Shown here: positions 1 through 9,404 of the stretch, piece by piece | How positions within the stretch are numbered: position 1 is the stretch's first letter | How the letters are laid out: every line of letters starts with the position of its first letter | Source: Nitrospinota bacterium | Lineage (GTDB): Bacteria > UBA8248 | Assembly (NCBI GenBank): GCA_036231405.1 | Contig: JAZAHK010000006.1 | Span: 126,812-190,811 of the forward strand | Reading direction: 5' to 3' | DNA: 64,000 nt | Made by a program: the position numbers and the translations under genes | Notes under the pieces: generated by a model | The model's database searches: none | What the model saw: the letters and a program-made list of their open reading frames with translations, nothing else | Told to the model about the DNA's origin: nothing

Positions 1-2103
1 ATATCTAGCAAAATCGGGGGTTAAAACTTTTCCCTGATCGACTTCTACTTCTTCTATAAGAGCCTGACCTATCCCCATTTCTATACCACCTTGAATTTGC
101 GCAATAACACCTTGAGGATTAATAGCACGACCAACGTCGTGAGCTGCGGTAACACTCATAACCCAAACTTCCCCCGTTTCAGGATTTACTTTCACATCTG
201 CAACCTGTACCCCATAGCTATAAACCATGAAAGGATCGCCCTTGCCAGTTTCTGGATCAAATGTGAGAGGTCCAGTAGAAAACCATCCGTGACCATTAAT
301 CTGCTTACCTAGGAATAGAGCTCTCTTCACCACTTCTCCAAAATTAACAAAACGATTTGGTGTGCTCTTAATAAATATTTTTCCACCTTGAAAAGACATA
401 TCATCTAATGAACACTCAAGCATATCAGCAGCAACAGGAGCAAGTATCTCTCGAATTTCCAAAATCGCTTGGCAAATTGCGTTGCCTGGAATGGTGGTTG
501 ACCGGGAACCTGCCGTGAAACCACTTTCAGGCATAGCATCAGTATCAACAGGCATCATCCTCACATCTTCAAAATTCACCCCCAAAGCTTCTGCAGCAAT
601 TTGTGCTAGAACAGTGTTAGATCCTTGTCCAAGTTCTATAATTCCCACACTAACTTGTACTTTTCCATCATCTGTAACATGGACTTGCGCACCGCATGAA
701 TCAGAAGGACCTGCAGCACCAGTAGAATACCAAAACCCAGCCACTCCTCTCCCGTACAAAAATCCATCTTCTCTTAATTTATTTTTCCTAGGGTGATCAG
801 GAAGAGATTTTTCTGCTTCATCTAAACAAGAGATAAAACCTACACTTTGTTTTAAAATCTGGCTAGTTCCGGTTTTTGAACCAACACGGAACCCATTAAT
901 TCTCCTTAGTTCAAAAGGGTCTATCTCTACTTTTTTAGCCAGTTCATCCATTTGAGATTCTATTGCAAAGTGAACTTGAGGAACACCTAAACCTCGCATC
1001 GCACAAGTATTAATGCTATTGGTGAAAATCATAAATCCATCAACTTTTATGTTTTCACATTCATAAGCACCAGGAGAGTGAATAATTAATTTCTTTAAAA
1101 TTCCGGGCCCTACTGCAGTATAGGGTCCCTTATTTAAGTATATTTTTATTTCCATAGCTACAATTTTTCCATTTTTTTTCGCACCAATTTTATGGTGTAT
1201 AACTGCTGGAACTCTTTTAGCTTTAGCACCAAGTGATTCTTCTCTACTGTAGTTATATATAACTGGTCGTCCAGTTTTTAGAGCAACAAGTCCTGCACGC
1301 ATTGCTATTTCTATAGAGGTTTCTTCTTTTCCGCCAAAACCTCCTCCAGGCTGTGTAGATATAAACTGAATTTCATTTTGACCAAGACCCAGTACTGGTG
1401 AAATTACCCTCCTTACCATGTGAGGACATTGGGTAGGTCCGGTACAAGTTATACTTCCATCAGGGTTAGGAATGACATACCCCGCATCTGGTTCGAGATA
1501 GGCATGATCTATCATTTGGGTTTGAAATGAATTTTCTATAACTACATCTGCGTTTGCAAAACCTTCCTCTATGCATCCCTTCCTTATTTTATAATGCGCA
1601 AGTACATTCTCTTTTGCAATAGGATGATTTTCGTGAATTTTTGGAGATGTTTTTTTCATAGCTTCAAGAGGATCAAAAACCGCAGGAAGATCCGTAAAAG
1701 TAAGTTTTACGAGGGAAACCGCAATTTCTGCTTCCTCAATCGATTCCGCCGCTACTAACGCCACGACATCCTGTAATGAATGATATCTATCTTCAACCAA
1801 AACAGGCTGATCTTTTGCCATCATTCCATATTTTTTTTCACCTGGAATATCTTTAGCAGTTAAAATGGAGACAACACCTTTAGAATTAATAGCCTTAGAA
1901 ATATTAATTTTTTTTAAAATACCATTCGGCGTAGGAGATAATACAGGCGCGACATAAAGAGGATTCATTACTTTATGATCAGCTGAAAAAACAGGAGATC
2001 CATCTGCTTTTGGTGGAGCATCTACTCGAAGAATATTTTTCCCTACAATACTACCTCCATCATCAGAACTGCCAAAAAGTTCCTGATAAAATCTCTCCGA
2101 CAT
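1..2103 (-). CDS. Xanthine dehydrogenase/aldehyde oxidase family molybdopterin-binding large subunit (5' portion; gene continues beyond window start)
   Basis: The reverse complement from 2103 reads MSERFYQELFGSSDDGGSIVGKNILRVDAPPKADGSPVF, which is typical of the N-terminus of CoxL/XdhA-type Mo-hydroxylases. The frame stays open to position 1, in phase (2103 nt = 701 codons). It was not in the ORF track because the ORF is not closed inside the window. Confidence 0.7.
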   Translation of the reverse strand, partial: MSERFYQELFGSSDDGGSIVGKNILRVDAPPKADGSPVFSADHKVMNPLYVAPVLSPTPNGILKKINISKAINSKGVVSILTAKDIPGEKKYGMMAKDQPVLVEDRYHSLQDVVALVAAESIEEAEIAVSLVKLTFTDLPAVFDPLEAMKKTSPKIHENHPIAKENVLAHYKIRKGCIEEGFANADVVIENSFQTQMIDHAYLEPDAGYVIPNPDGSITCTGPTQCPHMVRRVISPVLGLGQNEIQFISTQPGGGFGGKEETSIEIAMRAGLVALKTGRPVIYNYSREESLGAKAKRVPAVIHHKIGAKKNGKIVAMEIKIYLNKGPYTAVGPGILKKLIIHSPGAYECENIKVDGFMIFTNSINTCAMRGLGVPQVHFAIESQMDELAKKVEIDPFELRRINGFRVGSKTGTSQILKQSVGFISCLDEAEKSLPDHPRKNKLREDGFLYGRGVAGFWYSTGAAGPSDSCGAQVHVTDDGKVQVSVGIIELGQGSNTVLAQIAAEALGVNFEDVRMMPVDTDAMPESGFTAGSRSTTIPGNAICQAILEIREILAPVAADMLECSLDDMSFQGGKIFIKSTPNRFVNFGEVVKRALFLGKQINGHGWFSTGPLTFDPETGKGDPFMVYSYGVQVADVKVNPETGEVWVMSVTAAHDVGRAINPQGVIAQIQGGIEMGIGQALIEEVEVDQGKVLTPDFARY

Positions 2104-2117
2104 AACTTACTCCATAT

Positions 2118-3047
2118 TTAGTCTTTATCTGAATCTCTCTTTTTTCTTCTCATTAATTTTTCAATTTCATTAGCAACTTCATCTCCAGGAGGAAGTTCAC
2201 CTTCATAATTCATCGAAAAATCTTCATCGTGCAAATTTATTTCACCGTCTTCTAAAGGAACTTCGTCAACAATTTCATCTGAATCTAGATCGGACACGTA
2301 TTGCGATAATTTAGAATCCCTTGAAATTGCATCATCAACTTTCCTAGAAAACGTTTCAGAATCATCTTTTAAAGATTCCAGATTTAAAGAAATATTAGTC
2401 AATTCTTGAAATTTTTCTAGTAATGTATAAGCAACTTTAGGGTTTTTTATGTTAGCCAAGTAATGCGGAACATTTCCCCAAAGAGAAATTGAATCGATTT
2501 CATTATTTTGAAAAACATTTTGAAGGACACCCACGATTCCAGTTGGACCTTCATAATCACTTAACCCAACTCCTATTTTTTCTGCAATTTTAGGATTATT
2601 CGCCAAACAAACTAACATCACCTCGTTTAAATGGGATGTGGCACTTAAAAATGCACCCATTGTTACTGTAATAGCAGGGTTAATTTGTCCTATCAAATTA
2701 AGGATACAAGTCGAAAATGACTTCCACTTAAAATGAGGCTCATTTCCAATTCCTATAACAACATCTCTTTCTATAGAGGGAATAGAAAAATGGTAGAACT
2801 CATTTTTCGGCCATTCAATCACTCTTTCTCCAGATTTATTTAAGCGTACGGTAGGCCGAGTTTCAGAAAATTCAAAAAAATTCTCTGGTTCGATATAAGC
2901 AAAACGCTTCGCTGAATACTTCTTAATCAAAAACATTGCGGCAGCAGTTGCAGATTCAGCAGCATCGCTCCATCCAGAAAAAGCCATTAAAAAAACTGGA
3001 TCTCTTAAAGGAGGCTTATCATGAAAAACTAAATGATCTGATCCCAT
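2118..3047 (-). CDS. PAC2 family protein (proteasome-assembly-chaperone-2-like), acidic C-terminal tail
   Basis: 309-aa ORF whose N-terminus, MGSDHLVFHDKPPLRDPVFLMAFSGWSDAAESA, resembles bacterial PAC2-family proteins. It lies 15 nt downstream of the Mo-hydroxylase start codon on the same strand. Confidence 0.5.
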   Translation of the reverse strand: MGSDHLVFHDKPPLRDPVFLMAFSGWSDAAESATAAAMFLIKKYSAKRFAYIEPENFFEFSETRPTVRLNKSGERVIEWPKNEFYHFSIPSIERDVVIGIGNEPHFKWKSFSTCILNLIGQINPAITVTMGAFLSATSHLNEVMLVCLANNPKIAEKIGVGLSDYEGPTGIVGVLQNVFQNNEIDSISLWGNVPHYLANIKNPKVAYTLLEKFQELTNISLNLESLKDDSETFSRKVDDAISRDSKLSQYVSDLDSDEIVDEVPLEDGEINLHDEDFSMNYEGELPPGDEVANEIEKLMRRKKRDSDKD

Positions 3048-3148
3048 TTTTTTGCCTTATAAAAACATAAAAAAATACCTTACGACATTCTATACCAGGA
3101 AAAACTTCAAGGCATCTTGAAATGTAAATTTGAAACCCTTTGTACATA

Positions 3149-4297
3149 TTAATTATTCGATGAAATACTTCCAAAATCAAGATTAGAGTCAAAATCTGAA
3201 GGGTTCCCGTTTTTAAAGTCTTCCTGAAGACGATTCCATGAATGAATATGTTGCGATGTATGGTTTCTAAAATACGGCATTACATATCGTGCAAACAAAT
3301 CAATGGAATGTCTTATGTTCTCTTCTGAAGTCCATTCATGAGTTGTCATCATAAAACCACCAAATCCTCCTGTTTCTTTTATAAATTGTTCAATAGCACC
3401 AATTGCATCATCTGGAGTACCAATGATCCATCTTCTGTTCTTAGCCCCGATTCTAGGAGATATCTCATCAAAAGGTTGTCCGGAATAATCTTCATAAGCA
3501 GACTGAAATCCTATCGTTTTGAAATAATTCATTTCACGTGCAATCCCTTCTTCCACTTCATCCCATGCTTTTTGTCGGTTTTCCGAGAGATAAACGGAAG
3601 TTACTATTCGCCAATTTTCTCGGGAAATAGAAGTGTCATGCTGCAATGCAGATTTTTCTACTTTTGACCACTGTTCAGAAAAACTAAGCTTCCCTTCTCT
3701 TGGCTTTCCTGCCATTGAAAAAAGAATACATCCATGTTTCCCAGCTAAACTCAGAGTTTGCTCACCTCCTGCAGTGGCAATACAAATAGGGATTCTAGGT
3801 TTCTGAAAAGAATGTAATTGCAAAACAATGTCTTTTAGCTTCCAGTATTTTCCATCAAAATCAAAGGGAGTTCTACTATCAAACAAATTTACTATTATAT
3901 CTAAGGATTCCTCCATCATATCCCACATTTCTTCGGGGTTTATTCGAAAAAGTCTCTTGTCAGAAATAAGACTACTCGGACCCACTCCTAACATTGCTCT
4001 TCCCATTGTAAGGTGATCAAGAAAAACAATTCTTTCGGCAACATGATACGGATGATGATATGGGAGATTTATAACCGATGTTCCCAATCTAATTCTTTTT
4101 GCAGTAGCTGACGCTTTCGCTAAAGCCATCTCTGGACAAGGCATATTCTCCCAACCACCTGAGTGATGTTCCCCTATAAAAAACTCATCGAATCCAAGCA
4201 TGTCAGCGAAATTAACCAGCCTGATATCTCGATCAAAAGCTAAAGAAGGATTCTCTTTCGGTTGATGAATTGGCATCATAAAGAAAGAAAATTTCAA
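3149..4297 (-). CDS. LLM class (luciferase-like) flavin-dependent oxidoreductase
   Basis: 382-aa ORF with the motif FDEFFIGEHHSG and a TIM-barrel LLM-like N-terminus. Confidence 0.7.
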   Translation of the reverse strand: MKFSFFMMPIHQPKENPSLAFDRDIRLVNFADMLGFDEFFIGEHHSGGWENMPCPEMALAKASATAKRIRLGTSVINLPYHHPYHVAERIVFLDHLTMGRAMLGVGPSSLISDKRLFRINPEEMWDMMEESLDIIVNLFDSRTPFDFDGKYWKLKDIVLQLHSFQKPRIPICIATAGGEQTLSLAGKHGCILFSMAGKPREGKLSFSEQWSKVEKSALQHDTSISRENWRIVTSVYLSENRQKAWDEVEEGIAREMNYFKTIGFQSAYEDYSGQPFDEISPRIGAKNRRWIIGTPDDAIGAIEQFIKETGGFGGFMMTTHEWTSEENIRHSIDLFARYVMPYFRNHTSQHIHSWNRLQEDFKNGNPSDFDSNLDFGSISSNN

Positions 4298-4347
4298 AAT
4301 ATTCTCCTAGAATCAAAAAAAAATTCTCTCTAAAAAATTTAAAAAAA

Positions 4348-5367
4348 TCAAACAATTTGCTTCTTTTTAAGTTCAAAAACTTTTGACAAAAGTTCATATG
4401 TCTTTAAACGTGCTTCAAAAGAGTGCAGTGTATTAACAATAACAAATTCATCTACCTCACATTTCCTAGATAAGTCTAATAACTTATCTTTAACTTGCTC
4501 TGGGTTCCCGATAATAGTCCTCCTTCTTATACTATCAGCAAAATTACGTTCTAACTCGCTCCAGTCATAAGAAAGAGACTCTTCAGGAGTTGGGACACCC
4601 CCACCTTCACCTCGTCTACTCTTAAGCATCATCAATGGCCTACTTTCAGCTAAATACTTAGCTTCCTCCTCGCTCTCAGCACAGACCACAAAAACGGCTA
4701 CACTCCCCAAAGGTTCTTTTTTATCTGTAGAGGGTTTAAAGTTCTTTTTATAATAACCTATTACCTCTGATACTCCGTTACCACTTATAAAATGCGCAAA
4801 ACAAAAAGGAATACCAAAATGGGAAGCAATAATTGCACCCTGATCTGATGAACCTAAAAGCCATATTTGAGGAACGCTTTCTCCTGATGGCATAGCGACA
4901 ACTTTTCTAAACGGATGTTCCTCATGATGTACTCCAGATAACCAGCATCTTAGATCTCTTACTTTCTGAGGAAATCTATCTACGTTAAAATCTTCAGAGC
5001 TCAGAGATAATGCGGAAGAAGTTATGCGATCTGCGCCTGGAGCACGCCCTAATCCTAGATCTATCCTTCCTGGATAGATGGATTCAAGAACTCTAAAATT
5101 CTCTGCAACTTTCAATGGGCTATGATGACTCAGCATAACTCCTCCAGAACCAACACGAATTGTAGATGTTATAGAAGCCAACTGCCCAACAAGGATTTCG
5201 GGAGAGGTTCCTGCAAACATTGGATGGCTATGATGTTCTGCTACCCAGAAACGATAATAACCCAATTTTTCAGTTTTCTTAGCAAGAATCAATGTCTCAT
5301 TAATGGCGTCAGAAGGCGAACACCCCTTACGAATTGGAGATTGATCTAAAACACTTAAACGTATCAT
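4348..5367 (-). CDS. LLM class flavin-dependent oxidoreductase (YhbW/MsnO8-like)
   Basis: 339-aa ORF with FWVAEHHSHP and IDLGLGRAPGAD motifs characteristic of luciferase-like monooxygenase family proteins. Confidence 0.7.
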   Translation of the reverse strand: MIRLSVLDQSPIRKGCSPSDAINETLILAKKTEKLGYYRFWVAEHHSHPMFAGTSPEILVGQLASITSTIRVGSGGVMLSHHSPLKVAENFRVLESIYPGRIDLGLGRAPGADRITSSALSLSSEDFNVDRFPQKVRDLRCWLSGVHHEEHPFRKVVAMPSGESVPQIWLLGSSDQGAIIASHFGIPFCFAHFISGNGVSEVIGYYKKNFKPSTDKKEPLGSVAVFVVCAESEEEAKYLAESRPLMMLKSRRGEGGGVPTPEESLSYDWSELERNFADSIRRRTIIGNPEQVKDKLLDLSRKCEVDEFVIVNTLHSFEARLKTYELLSKVFELKKKQIV

Positions 5368-5382
5368 TTTAATGCTCTCTTC

Positions 5383-6030
5383 CTAAGGAGATTTTTCTGG
5401 GCGAATTTCTATGAAACTTTTCACATCGACTACATCCATAATTCCACAAATAACACGAATCATTTTCATTTTATTTTCTAAACTATACGCCTCTCCTATG
5501 AGGTAAACTTTACCTTCTATAGATCTCCAATGTATGTTGAATACAGATGAATTGCCCAAACCAATGAGTCTTATTCTTATCGTTTGTTCTATTAAAAAAT
5601 CATCAAACTTTGAGCGGGGATTTTGAACATCTACATAATTTTCACCTCTTTTACACTCTCCTCCTACCATAACATTAAAATTTTGCTTTTTTGCATAAGA
5701 AATTTCATTGAATAACTTTTTCACGTTAGGATAATTCAACACGTATTCTTCAACCTTCCTGTACATTAAAAAATCATCGATTCTTCCCGTGAGAAGAACT
5801 TTCCGATTCCATACATCTATATTTACTTCAAAAAGAGTATCAGGTTCCAAACTTATTAAACCTGACACGATTCCTGTGTGCATAGAAAAATCGAAAATTT
5901 GCTCATCATGTTTTCTATCTTCGATAATTTTTTCCGCTAACCCTACAAAAGCATATTGACAACCAGCAAGGGAAACAAAAAAAGAGAGAAAAATAATTTT
6001 ATAAAAAGAAGAATCCATTCTAGTTTCCAA
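5383..6030 (-). CDS. BON domain-containing lipoprotein (OsmY/DolP-like)
   Basis: Signal peptide with an LAGC lipobox, followed by two segments with the BON pattern (hydrophobic-x-V, then LxG with hydrophobic flanks). Confidence 0.55.
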   Translation of the reverse strand: METRMDSSFYKIIFLSFFVSLAGCQYAFVGLAEKIIEDRKHDEQIFDFSMHTGIVSGLISLEPDTLFEVNIDVWNRKVLLTGRIDDFLMYRKVEEYVLNYPNVKKLFNEISYAKKQNFNVMVGGECKRGENYVDVQNPRSKFDDFLIEQTIRIRLIGLGNSSVFNIHWRSIEGKVYLIGEAYSLENKMKMIRVICGIMDVVDVKSFIEIRPEKSP

Positions 6031-6344
6031 TTTCGTAAGATAAGAATAATTACATTTAGCTTGACCCTTAAGTTAAAACCTGTTGCATATCAAAATCAAA
6101 AGCGTCAATATACATGAAATTATTTTATTCATAAAATGGATACAATGCATGACTTTAGGAAAAGATGGATTCCAAAAAGTTTGGAAAAACCTTTTTAATC
6201 AATCTCTTGATGAAAAGTCACTTTCCGGCATCGAAAAGATATTAAGTGACTCAGTCGAATCTGAGAAAAAAATATCAGATATAATTTCTTCTGATATCGA
6301 ACCAATGCACAAAATTTCATTTCAACATTCTCATGGACGAGAGA

Positions 6345-7760
6345 ATGCAAAAGATAACTAATTTTTCTGCTTTTCATATTGTTTCCTCGATTAAAAAAAA
6401 GGAAATTTCTGCAATAGAGGTATCTGAAGCTTTTCTCGAAAGATGTAAATCTATAGGGGAAAAGCTCAACACTTGGATAGCTTTAGATGAAGAAACAATT
6501 CTAAATCGCGCTAATGAAATTGATAAACTTTTAAAAGATGGAAAGGATCCTGGCCCCTTATGTGGAGTTCCTATAGGGATTAAAGATCTCATTGATATGG
6601 AGAATTTTCCAACTACTTCGGGGAGCTTAATTGAAAAAGACAGTTTCGCAAATTCTGATTCTACAATTGTTTCAAAATTAAAAAATGCAGGTGCAAATAT
6701 ATTTGGAAAACTAAATCTTCATGAATTTGCTTTTGGACCAACCGGACTAAATCCGCACTATGGGGACCAGAAAAATCCATGGGACCCTAAACATATGACC
6801 GGGGGATCAAGTGGAGGTTCAGGAAACAGTGTTGTTACTTCGCAAGTCCCTATTTCCATCGGTTCTGATACGGGCGGTTCGATTCGTATCCCATCATCAC
6901 TCTGTGGTTCTTTCGGTCTCAAACCAACTTTAGGATTAGTGAGCAAATTTCGCTGCATGCCTTTGTCATGGTCGCTTGACACCTTAGGTCCACTTTCAAT
7001 GTCAATCGAAGATTGTTCTCTCTTTATGTCAGTTGTTTCTGGATTCGATCCTCAGGATCCATATTCTATTCATTCTGATCATATTGATTTTAATGGAAAG
7101 TTAAAAAAGAATGATTTACAAAAAACAAGAGTAGGCCACGCAAGAAGTTTTTATGAGAAAAACACAGATAAAGTGATTTCATCCAGAATAAACGAAATTG
7201 CCCAACAAATATCAAAACTAGGAGTTGAAGTTATAGAAATCGATATTCCTGAACTTGACATTGCATACGATGCATGCACCTCTATTATGGTGTCAGAGGC
7301 GGCTGCAGTGCACGAAAAGAGGATTCGTCATTTTGCATCAAAATATGACCCGCAGGTTATAGAAAGGATTAAACCAGGGTTTTTCGTACCCGCAACCTCT
7401 TACATTCAATCGCAAAGATTTAGGGGAGAATGGTCTCAAAAAATAACAAATGAAATTTTTGCAAAAGTAGATGCAATTTTAGCTCCTACAACACCAATCG
7501 CAGCTCCTTTAAGAAGTGAACATAGTGTTTTCTTAAATGGGGAAAAAAAAGAGACAAGAGGATTACTCATCTCTTTAACAAGAATTTGGAATTTCTATGG
7601 CGGACCTTCCGTTTCTATGCCAATTGGAAAAACAGAGCAAGGCCTTCCATTTGGCGCTCAACTGATGGGGCGAATCCTCGAAGATGACAAACTACTAGGG
7701 TTAGCATATAATTTAGAAAAAGAAAAAATTTGTGAGGCAGAAAGAATTTCCGAACTGTAG
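6345..7760 (+). CDS. Amidase (amidase-signature family)
   Basis: Carries the GGSSGGS amidase signature and a GVPIGIKDLI segment. The ATG at 6345 is preceded by GAGAG; the ORF track uses an ATG 12 nt upstream. The gene ends in TAG at 7758-7760. Confidence 0.75.
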   Translation: MQKITNFSAFHIVSSIKKKEISAIEVSEAFLERCKSIGEKLNTWIALDEETILNRANEIDKLLKDGKDPGPLCGVPIGIKDLIDMENFPTTSGSLIEKDSFANSDSTIVSKLKNAGANIFGKLNLHEFAFGPTGLNPHYGDQKNPWDPKHMTGGSSGGSGNSVVTSQVPISIGSDTGGSIRIPSSLCGSFGLKPTLGLVSKFRCMPLSWSLDTLGPLSMSIEDCSLFMSVVSGFDPQDPYSIHSDHIDFNGKLKKNDLQKTRVGHARSFYEKNTDKVISSRINEIAQQISKLGVEVIEIDIPELDIAYDACTSIMVSEAAAVHEKRIRHFASKYDPQVIERIKPGFFVPATSYIQSQRFRGEWSQKITNEIFAKVDAILAPTTPIAAPLRSEHSVFLNGEKKETRGLLISLTRIWNFYGGPSVSMPIGKTEQGLPFGAQLMGRILEDDKLLGLAYNLEKEKICEAERISEL

Positions 7761-7785
7761 TTGTTCTCCTCTTAATGTCAATTCT

Positions 7786-9042
7786 TCATTCTGGCCTTGA
7801 CCCCAATGGACCCATTGGAAACCTATCGCAAAGCTGCCGCACATCATCACGAATAGAAGATAATTTTACGTCATCTTCTATATCTTCTAAAACATCAGAG
7901 ATCCAATTTCCAATAAGTTCTAACTCATTCTCTTTCATTTTTCTAGAAGTAATAGCGGCAGTTCCGATACGAACACCACTTGTAAAAGCTGGTTTCCTAG
8001 TATCATATGGGATAGAATTTTTATTTACTGTTATACCCGCTTTCCCTAAGGCAATTTCAGCTTTTTTACCACTAAACCCAATTTCTCTTAAATCCAATAA
8101 AATTAGATGATTATCCGTACCATCAGAAACTAGATTTAAACCTTTTTCGGATAAAACTAATGCAAGTTTTTTAGAATTTTTTACTATTTGCGAAGCATAG
8201 TCTTTAAATTCATCAGTAGAAGCCTCTTTAAAGGAAACTGCTTTCCCCGCTATAACGTGCATCAATGGACCACCTTGCATTCCTGGAAAAATTGCCTTGT
8301 CAATTTTCGATGCATATTCTTCATCACACAAAACCATCCCACCCCTAGGTCCCCTTAGTGTTTTATGAGTTGTAGTGGTTATTATTTGAGCATGCCCAAC
8401 GGGAGAGGGATGATCTCCACTTACTATCAACCCTGCAATATGTGCAATATCCGCCATCAAAATCGCCCCAACTTTATCTGCAATTGCACGAAATCGGGCA
8501 TAATCTATCTCTCTAGGGAACGCACTCGCACCAGCAACTATAATCTTCGGAGAAGACTTTTTAGCCTGCTCTTCAACATCGTCAAAATCTATTAAATGAT
8601 TTTCTGGATCAACACCATAACTAGCAACCTCAAACCATCTTCCAGAAAAAGTAACTGGATGCCCATGCGTCAGGTGACCTCCATGGGATAAGTTCATTCC
8701 CAGAATCGTATCTCCAGGTTCTAACAAACCAAAATAGACAGCCGCATTCGCTTGTGCGCCACTATGAGGCTGAACACAAGCATGATCTACACGAAAAATT
8801 TCCTTTGCTCTTTCGATAGCGAGTGTTTCGGCAACATCAACGAATTCGCAACCCCCATAATACCGTTTCCCAGGCAAACCTTCGGCATATTTGTTAGTCA
8901 TAACACCACCAACCGCCTCCATTACGGATAGACTGACGTAGTTTTCAGAAGCAATTAGTTCGAGTTCATCTGCCTGTCTATTTCTTTCTTCCTCTAGAGA
9001 CTTATATAAATCTGGGTCTGTCTGAGATAGTACTGAAGTCAT
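7786..9042 (-). CDS. glyA: Serine hydroxymethyltransferase
   Basis: 418-aa ORF with the N-terminus [29 protein letters not shown] and full-length SHMT-like sequence. Confidence 0.95.
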   Translation of the reverse strand: MTSVLSQTDPDLYKSLEEERNRQADELELIASENYVSLSVMEAVGGVMTNKYAEGLPGKRYYGGCEFVDVAETLAIERAKEIFRVDHACVQPHSGAQANAAVYFGLLEPGDTILGMNLSHGGHLTHGHPVTFSGRWFEVASYGVDPENHLIDFDDVEEQAKKSSPKIIVAGASAFPREIDYARFRAIADKVGAILMADIAHIAGLIVSGDHPSPVGHAQIITTTTHKTLRGPRGGMVLCDEEYASKIDKAIFPGMQGGPLMHVIAGKAVSFKEASTDEFKDYASQIVKNSKKLALVLSEKGLNLVSDGTDNHLILLDLREIGFSGKKAEIALGKAGITVNKNSIPYDTRKPAFTSGVRIGTAAITSRKMKENELELIGNWISDVLEDIEDDVKLSSIRDDVRQLCDRFPMGPLGSRPE

Positions 9043-9061
9043 TCAAAAACCTCCAATAAAA

Positions 9062-9388
9062 TTATCCGCCTAAATATTGTCCCATTAACATAATCAAATC
9101 ACCATTTTTAACTTTACTGTTTAAATTGTGTTCTATTCCAAGCAAAGCATCGTTAACTACAATTTCTATGTGTTCAGCAAGTTCGGAAGACCCTCTATCC
9201 CACAATGCATCATCAAGTGCCTTATAACGAGTACTTAGGCCCTTTAGAACAGAAAAAACAGTAGCACCTTCTACGATAGGTTCTTCAAAAACCTTGCGGC
9301 TACTTCCATCTCCACCAACGAAAGTGTTAGCCCAAGCCACTAGTTCAACTTTCACACTAGCGTCTGTTACTGAAGAATTAGACATCAT
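9062..9388 (-). CDS. MoaD/ThiS-family sulfur-carrier-like protein (AorD-like)
   Basis: 108-aa ORF with a C-terminal GG. It sits 16 nt downstream of the AOR gene on the same strand. Confidence 0.55.
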   Translation of the reverse strand: MMSNSSVTDASVKVELVAWANTFVGGDGSSRKVFEEPIVEGATVFSVLKGLSTRYKALDDALWDRGSSELAEHIEIVVNDALLGIEHNLNSKVKNGDLIMLMGQYLGG

Positions 9389-9404
9389 CGGGAAAATCTC
9401 AAAA

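Noticed and set aside
91-796. Plus-strand ORFs 91..312 and 482..796
   Set aside because: They lie antisense inside the long minus-strand Mo-hydroxylase reading frame, with no RBS and odd composition, so they are likely spurious.
3338-4016. Plus-strand ORFs inside the LLM oxidoreductase gene; similar antisense ORFs occur inside glyA, aor, ligA, tolB, the permease and others
   Set aside because: They are fully contained within confidently assigned genes on the opposite strand. Their low-complexity translations are typical of AT-rich antisense frames.
6149-6361. Possible small acidic protein (MTLGKDG...) upstream of the amidase
   Set aside because: It has no convincing RBS, overlaps the amidase start, and shows no recognisable motif. 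It is kept only as a weak possibility.
6345-7760. Calling the amidase GatA (Glu-tRNA(Gln) amidotransferase subunit A)
   Set aside because: No gatB or gatC is adjacent, and the N-terminal region diverges from GatA, so the generic amidase call was kept.
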